DNA of 62,400 nt from the IMG/VR virus record IMGVR_UViG_3300049561_000021, positions 1-62,400 of that record; one strand, given 5' to 3'. The position numbers were made by a program, and so were the translations under genes. Source of the stretch: a virus. Its lineage: Duplodnaviria > Caudoviricetes. This document shows, piece by piece, positions 8,156 to 16,640 of this stretch. Numbering within the stretch: position 1 is the stretch's first letter; every line of letters starts with the position of its first letter. The notes under the pieces were generated by a model. The model saw only the letters and a list, made by a program, of their open reading frames with translations. It did not search any database and was not told the origin of the DNA.

Positions 8156-9687
8156 TTGAACGCCGCTTAATTACAGGATTGATAGTTTCCACAGATTTTA
8201 TTCAACAATTGCAAGGTAAATGGGATTTATCATTGTTTGAATCACCTACGGCAAAACGCATTGCTTCGTGGTGTTTGGACTTTTTTAATAAATACAACAA
8301 AGCACCTGGGAAAGAAATAACTCCAATATTCTATCAAAAAGTAAAAAATGGTTTACCTAAAAATTTAGTAAGTGATATTGAAGATATTTTAGACGGTCTA
8401 TCACAAGAGTTTGAAAAAGATAGCATAAATGTTAATTACTTAGTTGATGAAGCAATAACTTATTTCAATGAGCAACATTTACGAAAGCATACAGAAAAAA
8501 TAAACGGTCTAATTGAAACTGGGCAATTATTTGAAGCACAAAAAGAAGCATTATCATTTAAACCTATTTCAAAAGAATCAGGAAATTGGATTGATTTGAG
8601 TAATGAATCTGTGCTTGAAAAAATAGAAAAAGCATTTACAACTTCCAACGAGGTTCTTATTAAATTTCCTGGAGCACTTGGTCGTTTTTGGAATGATCAA
8701 ATGGTTAGGGATGGGTTTGTTGCTATAATGGCTTCTGAAAAAAGAGGGAAGAGTTGGGTATTACTTGAATTAGCAATTAGGTCTGCAAAACAAAAACGAA
8801 AAGTAGCTTTTTTCCAAGCAGGTGATATGACTGAAGGGCAGCAATTAAAAAGAATAGCTGTTCATCTTGCAAAAAAGTCAAATCTTGAAAAATTTTCTGG
8901 AAAGATGTTTGAGCCTGTTAAAGACTGTATATTTAATCAAACTGGAAAATGTACAAGAGAAGAATGCAGAGGAGATTATGGGGTATTTGAGAAATTAAGT
9001 CCAGATTTTATTAGAAATGAAATAACAATCAGTGAACTTAAAAAAGCTTTTAAAGAAAACTCAGATTATATTCCTTGTGGAATTTGTGAAGATTTTGAAA
9101 GAAATAGTTGGGGGACACCTTGGCTAAAAGAAATTAATATAAAATATCCTTTAGAAAGCAATGAAGCAAAGGAAGTGATTTCAAAGTTCTTTATCAAATA
9201 CAAACGACAATTTAAATTATCAACACATCCTAATGGAACGTTAACAATACGAAAAGCAAAAACAATACTCGATATATGGGAAAAAGAAGATGGATTTATG
9301 CCTGATATTATTTTTTTTGATTATCCAGATATTATGGATGATGAAACAGTCAAAGAGTTTCGCCATAAGCAAAATAAAATATGGATGGATGGTCGTGGGT
9401 TGTCACAAGAAAGACATGCATTAGTTATTTGGGTTACACAGACAGATGCAGATGCTTATACAAAGAATTTAGTTAAAATGGAAAACTTTTCAGAAGATAA
9501 ACGAAAGTATGCTCACCCTACTGCTTTTTATGCATTAAATCAAGATAAAGATGGGCGTGAAAAAGCATTAGGCATTATGAGAATCAATGAGATTGTAATC
9601 AGAGAAGGTGAGTTTGATAATAATCATCAAGTGCATATTTTACAGAATTTAAAGAGAGGGTTGCCTTTTCTTACTTCATATTGGTGA
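8152..9687 (+). CDS. DnaB-like replicative helicase with Cys-rich insertion
   Basis: Walker A ASEKRGKS, IFFDYPDIM, WVTQ, FSEDKRK; follows the loader. Confidence 0.8.
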   Translation: MIERRLITGLIVSTDFIQQLQGKWDLSLFESPTAKRIASWCLDFFNKYNKAPGKEITPIFYQKVKNGLPKNLVSDIEDILDGLSQEFEKDSINVNYLVDEAITYFNEQHLRKHTEKINGLIETGQLFEAQKEALSFKPISKESGNWIDLSNESVLEKIEKAFTTSNEVLIKFPGALGRFWNDQMVRDGFVAIMASEKRGKSWVLLELAIRSAKQKRKVAFFQAGDMTEGQQLKRIAVHLAKKSNLEKFSGKMFEPVKDCIFNQTGKCTREECRGDYGVFEKLSPDFIRNEITISELKKAFKENSDYIPCGICEDFERNSWGTPWLKEINIKYPLESNEAKEVISKFFIKYKRQFKLSTHPNGTLTIRKAKTILDIWEKEDGFMPDIIFFDYPDIMDDETVKEFRHKQNKIWMDGRGLSQERHALVIWVTQTDADAYTKNLVKMENFSEDKRKYAHPTAFYALNQDKDGREKALGIMRINEIVIREGEFDNNHQVHILQNLKRGLPFLTSYW

Positions 9688-9721
9688 TAATCAACTCGTT
9701 AAAATAAAAATACGAATACTG

Positions 9722-9752
9722 TTTGTAAAATTAAAAATTATTTCAATATTTG
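9722..9752 (+). promoter_or_regulatory. Bacteroidota-type promoter upstream of queD
   Basis: TTTG 9722-9725, 19-nt spacer, AATATTTG 9745-9752. Confidence 0.5.
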
Positions 9753-9774
9753 TTTAATTAAATAGCTCTAAAAA

Positions 9775-10146
9775 ATGTACACTATCTCAAAAGAATTTCG
9801 ATTTGAAGCAGCTCACTTACTAAGAGGTTTACCTGAAAATCATCCATGTAGTAATTTACATGGACACAGTTATATTGTAATTTTTGAACTATCTTCAGTA
9901 ATATTGAATGAAGTTGGTTTTGTGGTTGATTACAGAAAGCTTGATACGATAAAGAAGTATATTGATGAGATAGTAGATCATCAATATTTAAATCAAGTTT
10001 TTTTATTTAATCCAACTGCTGAAAATCTTGCAAAGCACTTTTTTAAACTCTTTAAAAGAGATTTTCCACAATTGAGTGCAGTAATAGTAAAAGAAACAGA
10101 AAAAACAATGGCAAAATATACACCTTTTTGTGATGAAGAAGCTTAA
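9775..10146 (+). CDS. queD: 6-carboxytetrahydropterin synthase
   Basis: FEAAH, CSNLHGHSY, VDHQYLN, PTAENLA, VKET. Confidence 0.95.
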   Translation: MYTISKEFRFEAAHLLRGLPENHPCSNLHGHSYIVIFELSSVILNEVGFVVDYRKLDTIKKYIDEIVDHQYLNQVFLFNPTAENLAKHFFKLFKRDFPQLSAVIVKETEKTMAKYTPFCDEEA

Positions 10147-10732
10147 AGTAAATGAAATATTCCACAGCATTCAAGCAGAAGGCTATCATGTAGGTACACC
10201 TGCTATATTTATTCGACTTTCTGGATGTAACTGTGCTTGTGATTTCTGTGATACTGAATGGGTATCTTTCAAAGAAATGTCAATCGGAGAAATTTTAAAA
10301 GAAATTAGTCAGTATAAATGTGATACTATTATTTGGACAGGTGGAGAGCCTTTCTTACAACTTACTCAGGAAATTTGTGAAGTATTTGAAAGCAAAGAAT
10401 ATTTTCAAATGGCAGAAACAAATGGAACGATTAATACTCATTATGTGTTTGATCATATTAGTTGTTCTCCAAAAGATATGTCTAAATTAAGTTCTGATTT
10501 TAAAAATGATTTTTGTGGTGAATTTAGATTTCCTTTTGATAGTAAAAATCCTAATATTCCAAAAATAGAAGATTTAGCTGTTTGTAGTGATTACTTTATT
10601 TCTCCAATAATTGTTATGAATCCATATACAAAAGAAAGTATAGATAATATTCAAGGAGCAGTTGAGTTTGTAAAGAATAATCCAGATTGGAAATTATCAA
10701 TCCAAATACATAAGTTTGCAAATTTTAAATAA
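10133..10732 (+). CDS. queE: 7-carboxy-7-deazaguanine synthase (radical SAM)
   Basis: EIFHSIQAEG, FIRLSGCNCACDFCDT, TGGEP, ETNG, SPK, LSIQIHK. Confidence 0.95.
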   Translation: MKKLKVNEIFHSIQAEGYHVGTPAIFIRLSGCNCACDFCDTEWVSFKEMSIGEILKEISQYKCDTIIWTGGEPFLQLTQEICEVFESKEYFQMAETNGTINTHYVFDHISCSPKDMSKLSSDFKNDFCGEFRFPFDSKNPNIPKIEDLAVCSDYFISPIIVMNPYTKESIDNIQGAVEFVKNNPDWKLSIQIHKFANFK

Positions 10733-10777
10733 AATATTCTTTTTTGAAAATAAATTTTAATGCTAAAAAATAATTGT

Positions 10778-10785
10778 TATATTTG
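10778..10785 (+). promoter_or_regulatory. Bacteroidota -7 element TATATTTG
   Basis: Perfect TAnnTTTG in the intergenic region; -33 element weak. Confidence 0.6.
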
Positions 10786-10787
10786 TT

Positions 10788-10874
10788 TTTCATGGTAATT
10801 GGTTTTGTTTTAGTTGATTGATTTGTTTTTCATTTTTGAAAAAGCCAGGCTCTGCTTAAATGCAACCTGGCTTT
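10788..10874 (+). ncRNA. Candidate small RNA: U-rich body complementary to start-codon regions plus a 3' hairpin
   Basis: Starts just after the -7 box; tttcatggtaattggttttgttttagttg...; hairpin AAAGCCAGG 10841-10849 / CCTGGCTTT 10866-10874. Confidence 0.5.
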
Positions 10875-10928
10875 GACAGTGAACTTAATACCAAAATTTA
10901 ATATTATTAATTTAAAACTAAGAAAAGT

Positions 10929-11732
10929 ATGGTAAATTTAAAGCAGTTGAAAAAAGCAGCAGAAGAAATTAACGAATTGCCAGGATTTGATACTGGAATT
11001 GATTTAGACGGTAGTGAAGACGTTTTAATTCAAGGTATAAAAGAAGCAAATGATTTTATCACAGACGATGATGACTTATCAGATTCCACTCGTGCAATTA
11101 TTGAAGAAGTAATGTCTCCTACTGCAAAAAAAGAAAAGGAAACTGTAAAACCTGCACGTGGAAAAGTACCTAAAAAAGTAGTAGTTGAAGAGGAAACAGA
11201 AGATGAAGAACCAGAGGAAGAGGTTGAAGTTAATGTTCTTAAATTTGTCCAGGAAGCTACAACAATTAAAGAGTTAAAAGAAATTGCAAAGAATTACCCG
11301 GAATTCGAAGAAGTAAATCTAAAAATAAAAAACATTGATGAACTTCGCGATGAAATGATGGATTGTTTGCCACCTGAAGGAGAAGTTGAAGAGGAAACAG
11401 AAGATGAAGAACCGGAAGAGGAAGTTGAAGAAAAACCAGCAAAGAAATCTGTAAAGAAAGAAGCTGAAAAAGCAAAACCTGAAGGAAAAGTAAAATCACC
11501 TGTAGGAAATAAAGGAACACTTACAAAAGAAAGAGTCGCTTACATTTCTCCGTTTATTGAAAAAGGAAAATATACAAAAGCTCAATTGATGGAAATGCTT
11601 GCAAAGAAATACCCGGATGCTTCCAGTACCAGTTTTCAGACACTGCTTACTGATTGTAAAAATCCAAAATACAATGCATTCCCAAAATTGGTAGTGCAAA
11701 GTTCTGATGGCATTTACAAATTCAGTAAATAA
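10929..11732 (+). CDS. Highly acidic hypothetical protein with an internal 15-aa repeat
   Basis: VEEETEDEEPEEEVE occurs twice; basic C-terminal domain. Confidence 0.8.
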   Translation: MVNLKQLKKAAEEINELPGFDTGIDLDGSEDVLIQGIKEANDFITDDDDLSDSTRAIIEEVMSPTAKKEKETVKPARGKVPKKVVVEEETEDEEPEEEVEVNVLKFVQEATTIKELKEIAKNYPEFEEVNLKIKNIDELRDEMMDCLPPEGEVEEETEDEEPEEEVEEKPAKKSVKKEAEKAKPEGKVKSPVGNKGTLTKERVAYISPFIEKGKYTKAQLMEMLAKKYPDASSTSFQTLLTDCKNPKYNAFPKLVVQSSDGIYKFSK

Positions 11733-11737
11733 AATAT

Positions 11738-11780
11738 AACCCGACTATTGTAGTTCACTTTAGCCGGGTTTTTACTTTTT
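11738..11780 (+). terminator. Intrinsic terminator
   Basis: AACCCGACTA / TAGCCGGGTT stem (one mismatch) followed by T-runs. Confidence 0.6.
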
Positions 11781-11806
11781 AATCGTTAAAATTTAACTAA
11801 TTAATT

Positions 11807-12490
11807 ATGAAAAAGATAGTTATTGGACTCTCAGGTGGAATGGATTCTGCTACATTGTTAGGATCATTATTAGAACAAAGATATGAAGTGCATTGTTGTA
11901 CTTTTTACTATGGTTCAAAGCATGGAAAGTGGGAAAGTAAAGCATCTGAAGATTTAATTGATTTCTACAAATTAGATAAAAAGAAACCTGTATTTAAACA
12001 TTCAATAGATCTTAGTGTTGCATTTAAAGAATTTAATTCGGCTTTATTACTAACAGGTGAAGAAATCCCAGAAGGTCACTACAATGATGAAACTATGAAA
12101 AAGACAGTAGTACCCGGTCGTAATTTAATATTTTCATCCATTATGGCAGGATTAGCAGAATCAATAGATGCAGATGAAATAGGATTAGGTGTACATGCAG
12201 GAGACCATGCTATTTACCCAGATTGCCGTCCTGATTTTATTTCTTCTTTATGGACAACAATTTTGCGCTCAACAGAAAATAAAATACGTACAAATGTACC
12301 TTTTCTAAATAAAACAAAAGCAGATATTCTTAAAATAGGATGTAGTTTAATAATTCCTGTACCTTATCAATTGACAAGAACATGCTATAGAGATCAAGAA
12401 TTAGCATGTGGGCGTTGTGGAGCATGTGATGAGCGATTGTCTTCTTTTAAAGAATTAAATTTAATTGATCCAATTGAATATGAAAAGTAA
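11807..12490 (+). CDS. queC: 7-cyano-7-deazaguanine synthase
   Basis: LSGGMDS, VPGRNLIF, YPDCR, TCY...CGRCGAC. Confidence 0.96.
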   Translation: MKKIVIGLSGGMDSATLLGSLLEQRYEVHCCTFYYGSKHGKWESKASEDLIDFYKLDKKKPVFKHSIDLSVAFKEFNSALLLTGEEIPEGHYNDETMKKTVVPGRNLIFSSIMAGLAESIDADEIGLGVHAGDHAIYPDCRPDFISSLWTTILRSTENKIRTNVPFLNKTKADILKIGCSLIIPVPYQLTRTCYRDQELACGRCGACDERLSSFKELNLIDPIEYEK

Positions 12491-13361
12491 ATATTATGTA
12501 ACCTGGGAAGAGATCTTTATTAGACTTAAGTATATAGATAGACCTGAAAATATTGTATATGGAATACCAAAAGGAGGAATGATTGCAGCTGGATTTTTAA
12601 AACATGCAAAAAGAACACATGATCCAAAAGAAGCAAATTATTTACTAGATGATATAATAGATACTGGAAAAACTATTCGTTCTTATACTACTAAAATTAA
12701 TAATAAATGTTCAGTTTATGGGCTATATGATTTATTACTTAGTTCTGAAGATGCAAAATTTTATAAAGATAAGTGGTTAGTTTTCCCATGGGAACAAGAG
12801 CATCCAGCAGGTGTAGATACAATTGAGCAAAATATTACTAGGCAATTACAATACATAGGTGAAGATACAACAAGAGAAGGATTAATTGATACTCCAAAAC
12901 GTGTAATTAAATCGTATGGTGAAATATTTGCTGGATACAATCAAAATCCTAAAGACATATTTACTTGTTTTGAATCAGATGGCTATGATCAAATTATACT
13001 TCTTAAATCATTTGAATTTTATAGTCTCTGTGAGCATCACATACTCCCATTCTTTGGGAAAGCTCATGTTGCGTATATTCCAAATGAAAAAATAGTAGGT
13101 ATATCTAAACTTGCACGATTAGTAGATCTTTATTCTAAACGTTTACAAATACAAGAACGGATAGGTTTACAAGTTACAAATGATCTAATGACATATTTAA
13201 AACCTAAAGGTGCTGCGTGTATTTTAGAAGCTACTCATTTATGTATGCGTATGCGTGGAGTTGAAAAGCAGAATTCGATTATGACAACTTCCAGTCTTAC
13301 AGGAGTATTTTTAGATGATCCAGCAGCAAAAAACGAGTTAATTCAACTAATAAAACTTTAA
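12480..13361 (+). CDS. folE: Phosphoribosyltransferase-like domain fused to GTP cyclohydrolase I
   Basis: N-terminal YVTWEE, GIPKGG, LLDDIIDTGKT, WLVFPWE; C-terminal REGLIDTPKRV, CEHHILPF, GISKLAR, QIQER, HLCMRMRG. Confidence 0.93.
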   Translation: MKSKYYVTWEEIFIRLKYIDRPENIVYGIPKGGMIAAGFLKHAKRTHDPKEANYLLDDIIDTGKTIRSYTTKINNKCSVYGLYDLLLSSEDAKFYKDKWLVFPWEQEHPAGVDTIEQNITRQLQYIGEDTTREGLIDTPKRVIKSYGEIFAGYNQNPKDIFTCFESDGYDQIILLKSFEFYSLCEHHILPFFGKAHVAYIPNEKIVGISKLARLVDLYSKRLQIQERIGLQVTNDLMTYLKPKGAACILEATHLCMRMRGVEKQNSIMTTSSLTGVFLDDPAAKNELIQLIKL

Positions 13362-13363
13362 CT

Positions 13364-14020
13364 ATGGCAATGCTTGACAGTATGGATAAAATTATAACAA
13401 GATATTTCTCTACAGTAACGAATGAGGAATTTGTTTATAAAAAGCAAACATACACTCCTAAATTATTAATCGTATCTCCCCTTTTATTTAGAGGATTTAT
13501 ATGTCCTGAAAAGTGTGGAGCTTGTTGCCCTAGATTTTCTCTTGATTACTTGCCTTTTGAAGATAAACCAAAACAAGCACAAGAAAGAATTGTAAATTTT
13601 AATAGAAAGAATTACACTGTATTTTCTGATTTACAAGTTGATCACAATAATTATCATTGTAGAAATCTTAACATGAATACTGGAAGGTGTAAAATACATA
13701 CTCATAATCCATTTTCTTGTGACTTTGAATTAATTAGACCTTTACTTTCAGATGTTAACAATGCTTTAATGACAAGAATGTTTGGTAAGGGTTGGAATAT
13801 GAAGAAAATAGATAATTGTAGAGGTGCTTTATGTAAATTAACTCCTGCAACTAAAGAGTCAATCAATAATGTTATACGTAAACTAAAACGTTTAGAAAAA
13901 TGGTGTAATTATTTTGGAATAGATAATAAGTGTGAAAGTATTATTAAATGGGGAAAAGAAATTTCTCCTTATATGCTGTACAATACTAGACAGCCAGTAC
14001 GTTCAATTACAATTTACTAA
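13364..14020 (+). CDS. YkgJ-like cysteine-cluster (Zn/Fe-S) protein
   Basis: CPEKCGACC ... HCRNL...GRCKIH..NPFSC ... further Cys residues. Confidence 0.7.
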   Translation: MAMLDSMDKIITRYFSTVTNEEFVYKKQTYTPKLLIVSPLLFRGFICPEKCGACCPRFSLDYLPFEDKPKQAQERIVNFNRKNYTVFSDLQVDHNNYHCRNLNMNTGRCKIHTHNPFSCDFELIRPLLSDVNNALMTRMFGKGWNMKKIDNCRGALCKLTPATKESINNVIRKLKRLEKWCNYFGIDNKCESIIKWGKEISPYMLYNTRQPVRSITIY

Positions 14021-14032
14021 TAAATTATTTAT

Positions 14033-14446
14033 ATGAAAGATGATATTTCAAAATTAACAAAATTAGGGGATCATGGTAAAAAGTATTCATACGAAAATCC
14101 TTCTAAAGAATTACTTGAAACATTCCAAAATAAATTTCCACAAAGGGATTATATTACTCAATTCATTTTCAATGAGTTCACAAGTCTTTGTCCCAAAACT
14201 TTACAACCTGACTTTGCGACTATAACAGTAGAATATGTTCCAGACCAATTGTGTATTGAAACTAAAAGTTTGAAAATTTATTTTCTTGCATATCGAAATA
14301 CAGGTGCTTTTATGGAAACAATTACGAACACAATTTTAGATGATTGTGTTGCTGTCTGTAAGCCGCGATATATGAAAATAACAAGTAATTTTAATCCACG
14401 TGGTGGAACTTTTATTAATGTAATAGCTGAATATACTACAAAATGA
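14033..14446 (+). CDS. queF: preQ0 reductase (type I QueF)
   Basis: EFTSLCPKTLQPDFA, QueF motif ETKSLKIY, FME, FNPRGG. Confidence 0.93.
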   Translation: MKDDISKLTKLGDHGKKYSYENPSKELLETFQNKFPQRDYITQFIFNEFTSLCPKTLQPDFATITVEYVPDQLCIETKSLKIYFLAYRNTGAFMETITNTILDDCVAVCKPRYMKITSNFNPRGGTFINVIAEYTTK

Positions 14447-15444
14447 GAATCTTTCTTGACTCTGGAGCATTTTCTGTTTGGAATCGTGGTGAACGAATAA
14501 ACCTTGATAACTACATTGAATTTTGCAAATGCTATGCAAAAGACCTTGATGCTATTGCAACACTTGATGTAATACCAGGTAAACCTAACGAAAAGGTAGA
14601 CTCTATTCAAGCAGATACAGCTGCTTGGGAAGGATGGGGAAATTATCAAAAAATGTTAAAAGCTAAACTTCCAGAAAGTAAGTTACTTCATACTTTTCAC
14701 CAAGGTGATCCTGAAGGATTTCTTGAAAAGTTAGTTAAAGAAGGTGGAGAATATATTGGGATAAGTCCTGCAAATGATAAGACAAGTTCACAGAGAAAAG
14801 AATGGATGGATAAAATCTGTATTCCTCATATTTTAGATTCTAAAGGTAAAGCAAAAGTAAAATTTCATGGGTTTGCAGTAACATCTTTAAAATTAACTTT
14901 AGCCTATGATTGGTTCAGTGTTGATTCATCATCCTGGAGATTGAGAGGTGGAGGGTATGGGTTAATAGACTTACCAATTGTACCAAGTGATTTATCAAAG
15001 AAAGAAAATTGTTACATTAACAGTATCCCAATTGGAACAGGGGTCAAAAAACATATTGGAAATGATACTATTGGATTTTTTAATATTAATAAAATTTCTC
15101 AAAGTGATTCTTCATTTTTAAGACACCCAGGGTATAAGAAAGAGATTGAAAAATTACTCGATGAACACTATTTCACTTTAACTGAACTTGAGACAAGTGC
15201 TAAATTACGTGCTGCTTGGAATGCAATTTATTTAATGAAATCTATTGCAAAATTTTCAAAAATTATATTATATTTAGCATCAAATGAAATTAAATCAATA
15301 CGAACACTACAGAGAAAGATGCAAGAGAATAAGTTAGGAACAGAAAATTTAAACATCTTAGTCTCGTATGCAATGATTCCAAAAAATAGTAGAGGTGATA
15401 ATATTTTGGACAAATTAATTAAAATGAAAAGACTATCAGAATGA
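14443..15444 (+). CDS. TGT-fold transglycosylase, DpdA-like (7-deazaguanine insertion into DNA)
   Basis: FLDSGAFS, LDVIP, FHQG, FHGFAV, SVDSSSW; ends the Que cluster and is coupled to the clamp gene. Confidence 0.78.
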   Translation: MRIFLDSGAFSVWNRGERINLDNYIEFCKCYAKDLDAIATLDVIPGKPNEKVDSIQADTAAWEGWGNYQKMLKAKLPESKLLHTFHQGDPEGFLEKLVKEGGEYIGISPANDKTSSQRKEWMDKICIPHILDSKGKAKVKFHGFAVTSLKLTLAYDWFSVDSSSWRLRGGGYGLIDLPIVPSDLSKKENCYINSIPIGTGVKKHIGNDTIGFFNINKISQSDSSFLRHPGYKKEIEKLLDEHYFTLTELETSAKLRAAWNAIYLMKSIAKFSKIILYLASNEIKSIRTLQRKMQENKLGTENLNILVSYAMIPKNSRGDNILDKLIKMKRLSE

Positions 15445-16445
15445 TTATAAAACGACAAGAATTACTAAAAGCATTAGAAATAGTAAAACCTGGACTTTCA
15501 AGTAAAGAAACTATTCCACAAGCAACATTCTTTGCTTTTAAGGATGGCAAAGTGATCACATACAATGATGAATTATCAATATCTCATCCAATTGAATGCA
15601 TAGAAATTGAAGGAGCAGTTAAAGCAGTTGAATTGCATGCTTTACTTTCTAAAATAAAGAAAGATGAAATTGAAATAATTATTGATGGTGAAGAACTCAG
15701 AATTGAAAGTAAAAAAGCAAAAGCGGGATTATCTCTACAAGCTGAAATAAAGTTGCCTATAATTGACAAAATAAGTAAGTGGAAAAGATTACCTGGGGCA
15801 TTTTTAAAATATCTATCTTTTGCTATTCCAACTTGTGCAAGTGATACAAGTCGGCCTATTCTTACTTGTGTACACATAGGTAAAGAAGGGTTTATTGAAG
15901 CTTCAGACAGTTTTAAAATGGTACGATGTGAACTTGGTGAAGAAATGCCTACAAGTAGTTTCTTAATCCCTGCCTCATCTGCAATTGAAGTAAAGCGATT
16001 AAACCCAATTTCAATTGCAGAATCGAAAGGATGGATTCATTTTAAAACGTTAGATGGAACAGAAATATCATGTAGAACCTTTGAAGATAGTTACCCTGAT
16101 ACTTCAAAAGTACTTAAAGGAGATGGTGAAAAAATCACATTTCCAAAAACTATTTTTGACATAGTTGAGCGTGCTTCTGTATTTTCTAAACGTGAACATA
16201 TCTTAGATGAATCAGTGGATATTTCAATCAAGAATAATAAAATAACGATTGGTTCGAAAGCTGATTGTGGATGGTTTGAAGAGGAAGCAAATATTCAATA
16301 CAATAATAAACCTATTTTCTTTTGCATTACTCCGTATTTGCTTAAAGATATTTTGTCTGAAACGTTGGAATGCATCATTTGTGAAAATAAATTAAAATTT
16401 GAAGGAGATAATTGGGTTTATGTAACTTTATTAAGAGGAAAATAA
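15441..16445 (+). CDS. dnaN: DNA sliding clamp (beta-clamp-like)
   Basis: 334 aa; ASDTSRPILTCV, EASDSFKM, YPD; three-domain length. Confidence 0.8.
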   Translation: MIIKRQELLKALEIVKPGLSSKETIPQATFFAFKDGKVITYNDELSISHPIECIEIEGAVKAVELHALLSKIKKDEIEIIIDGEELRIESKKAKAGLSLQAEIKLPIIDKISKWKRLPGAFLKYLSFAIPTCASDTSRPILTCVHIGKEGFIEASDSFKMVRCELGEEMPTSSFLIPASSAIEVKRLNPISIAESKGWIHFKTLDGTEISCRTFEDSYPDTSKVLKGDGEKITFPKTIFDIVERASVFSKREHILDESVDISIKNNKITIGSKADCGWFEEEANIQYNNKPIFFCITPYLLKDILSETLECIICENKLKFEGDNWVYVTLLRGK

Positions 16446-16448
16446 ACT

Positions 16449-16640
16449 ATGTGGATATTAATTATATTAATTGTAATTGTCTACTTAATAATAGGTAGAG
16501 TAGCTGCGAACATTGAAGATAATGTAAAAGCATTTTATGAACCTACTGAATATTATAAAGCATTTTTTATGATATTTTGGCCAATATGTTTATTATGGAA
16601 TTTTATTATTTGGATCGGAGATAAAATATATAATTTATAA
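16449..16640 (+). CDS. small membrane protein
   Basis: Hydrophobic N-terminus and FWP motif. Confidence 0.6.
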   Translation: MWILIILIVIVYLIIGRVAANIEDNVKAFYEPTEYYKAFFMIFWPICLLWNFIIWIGDKIYNL

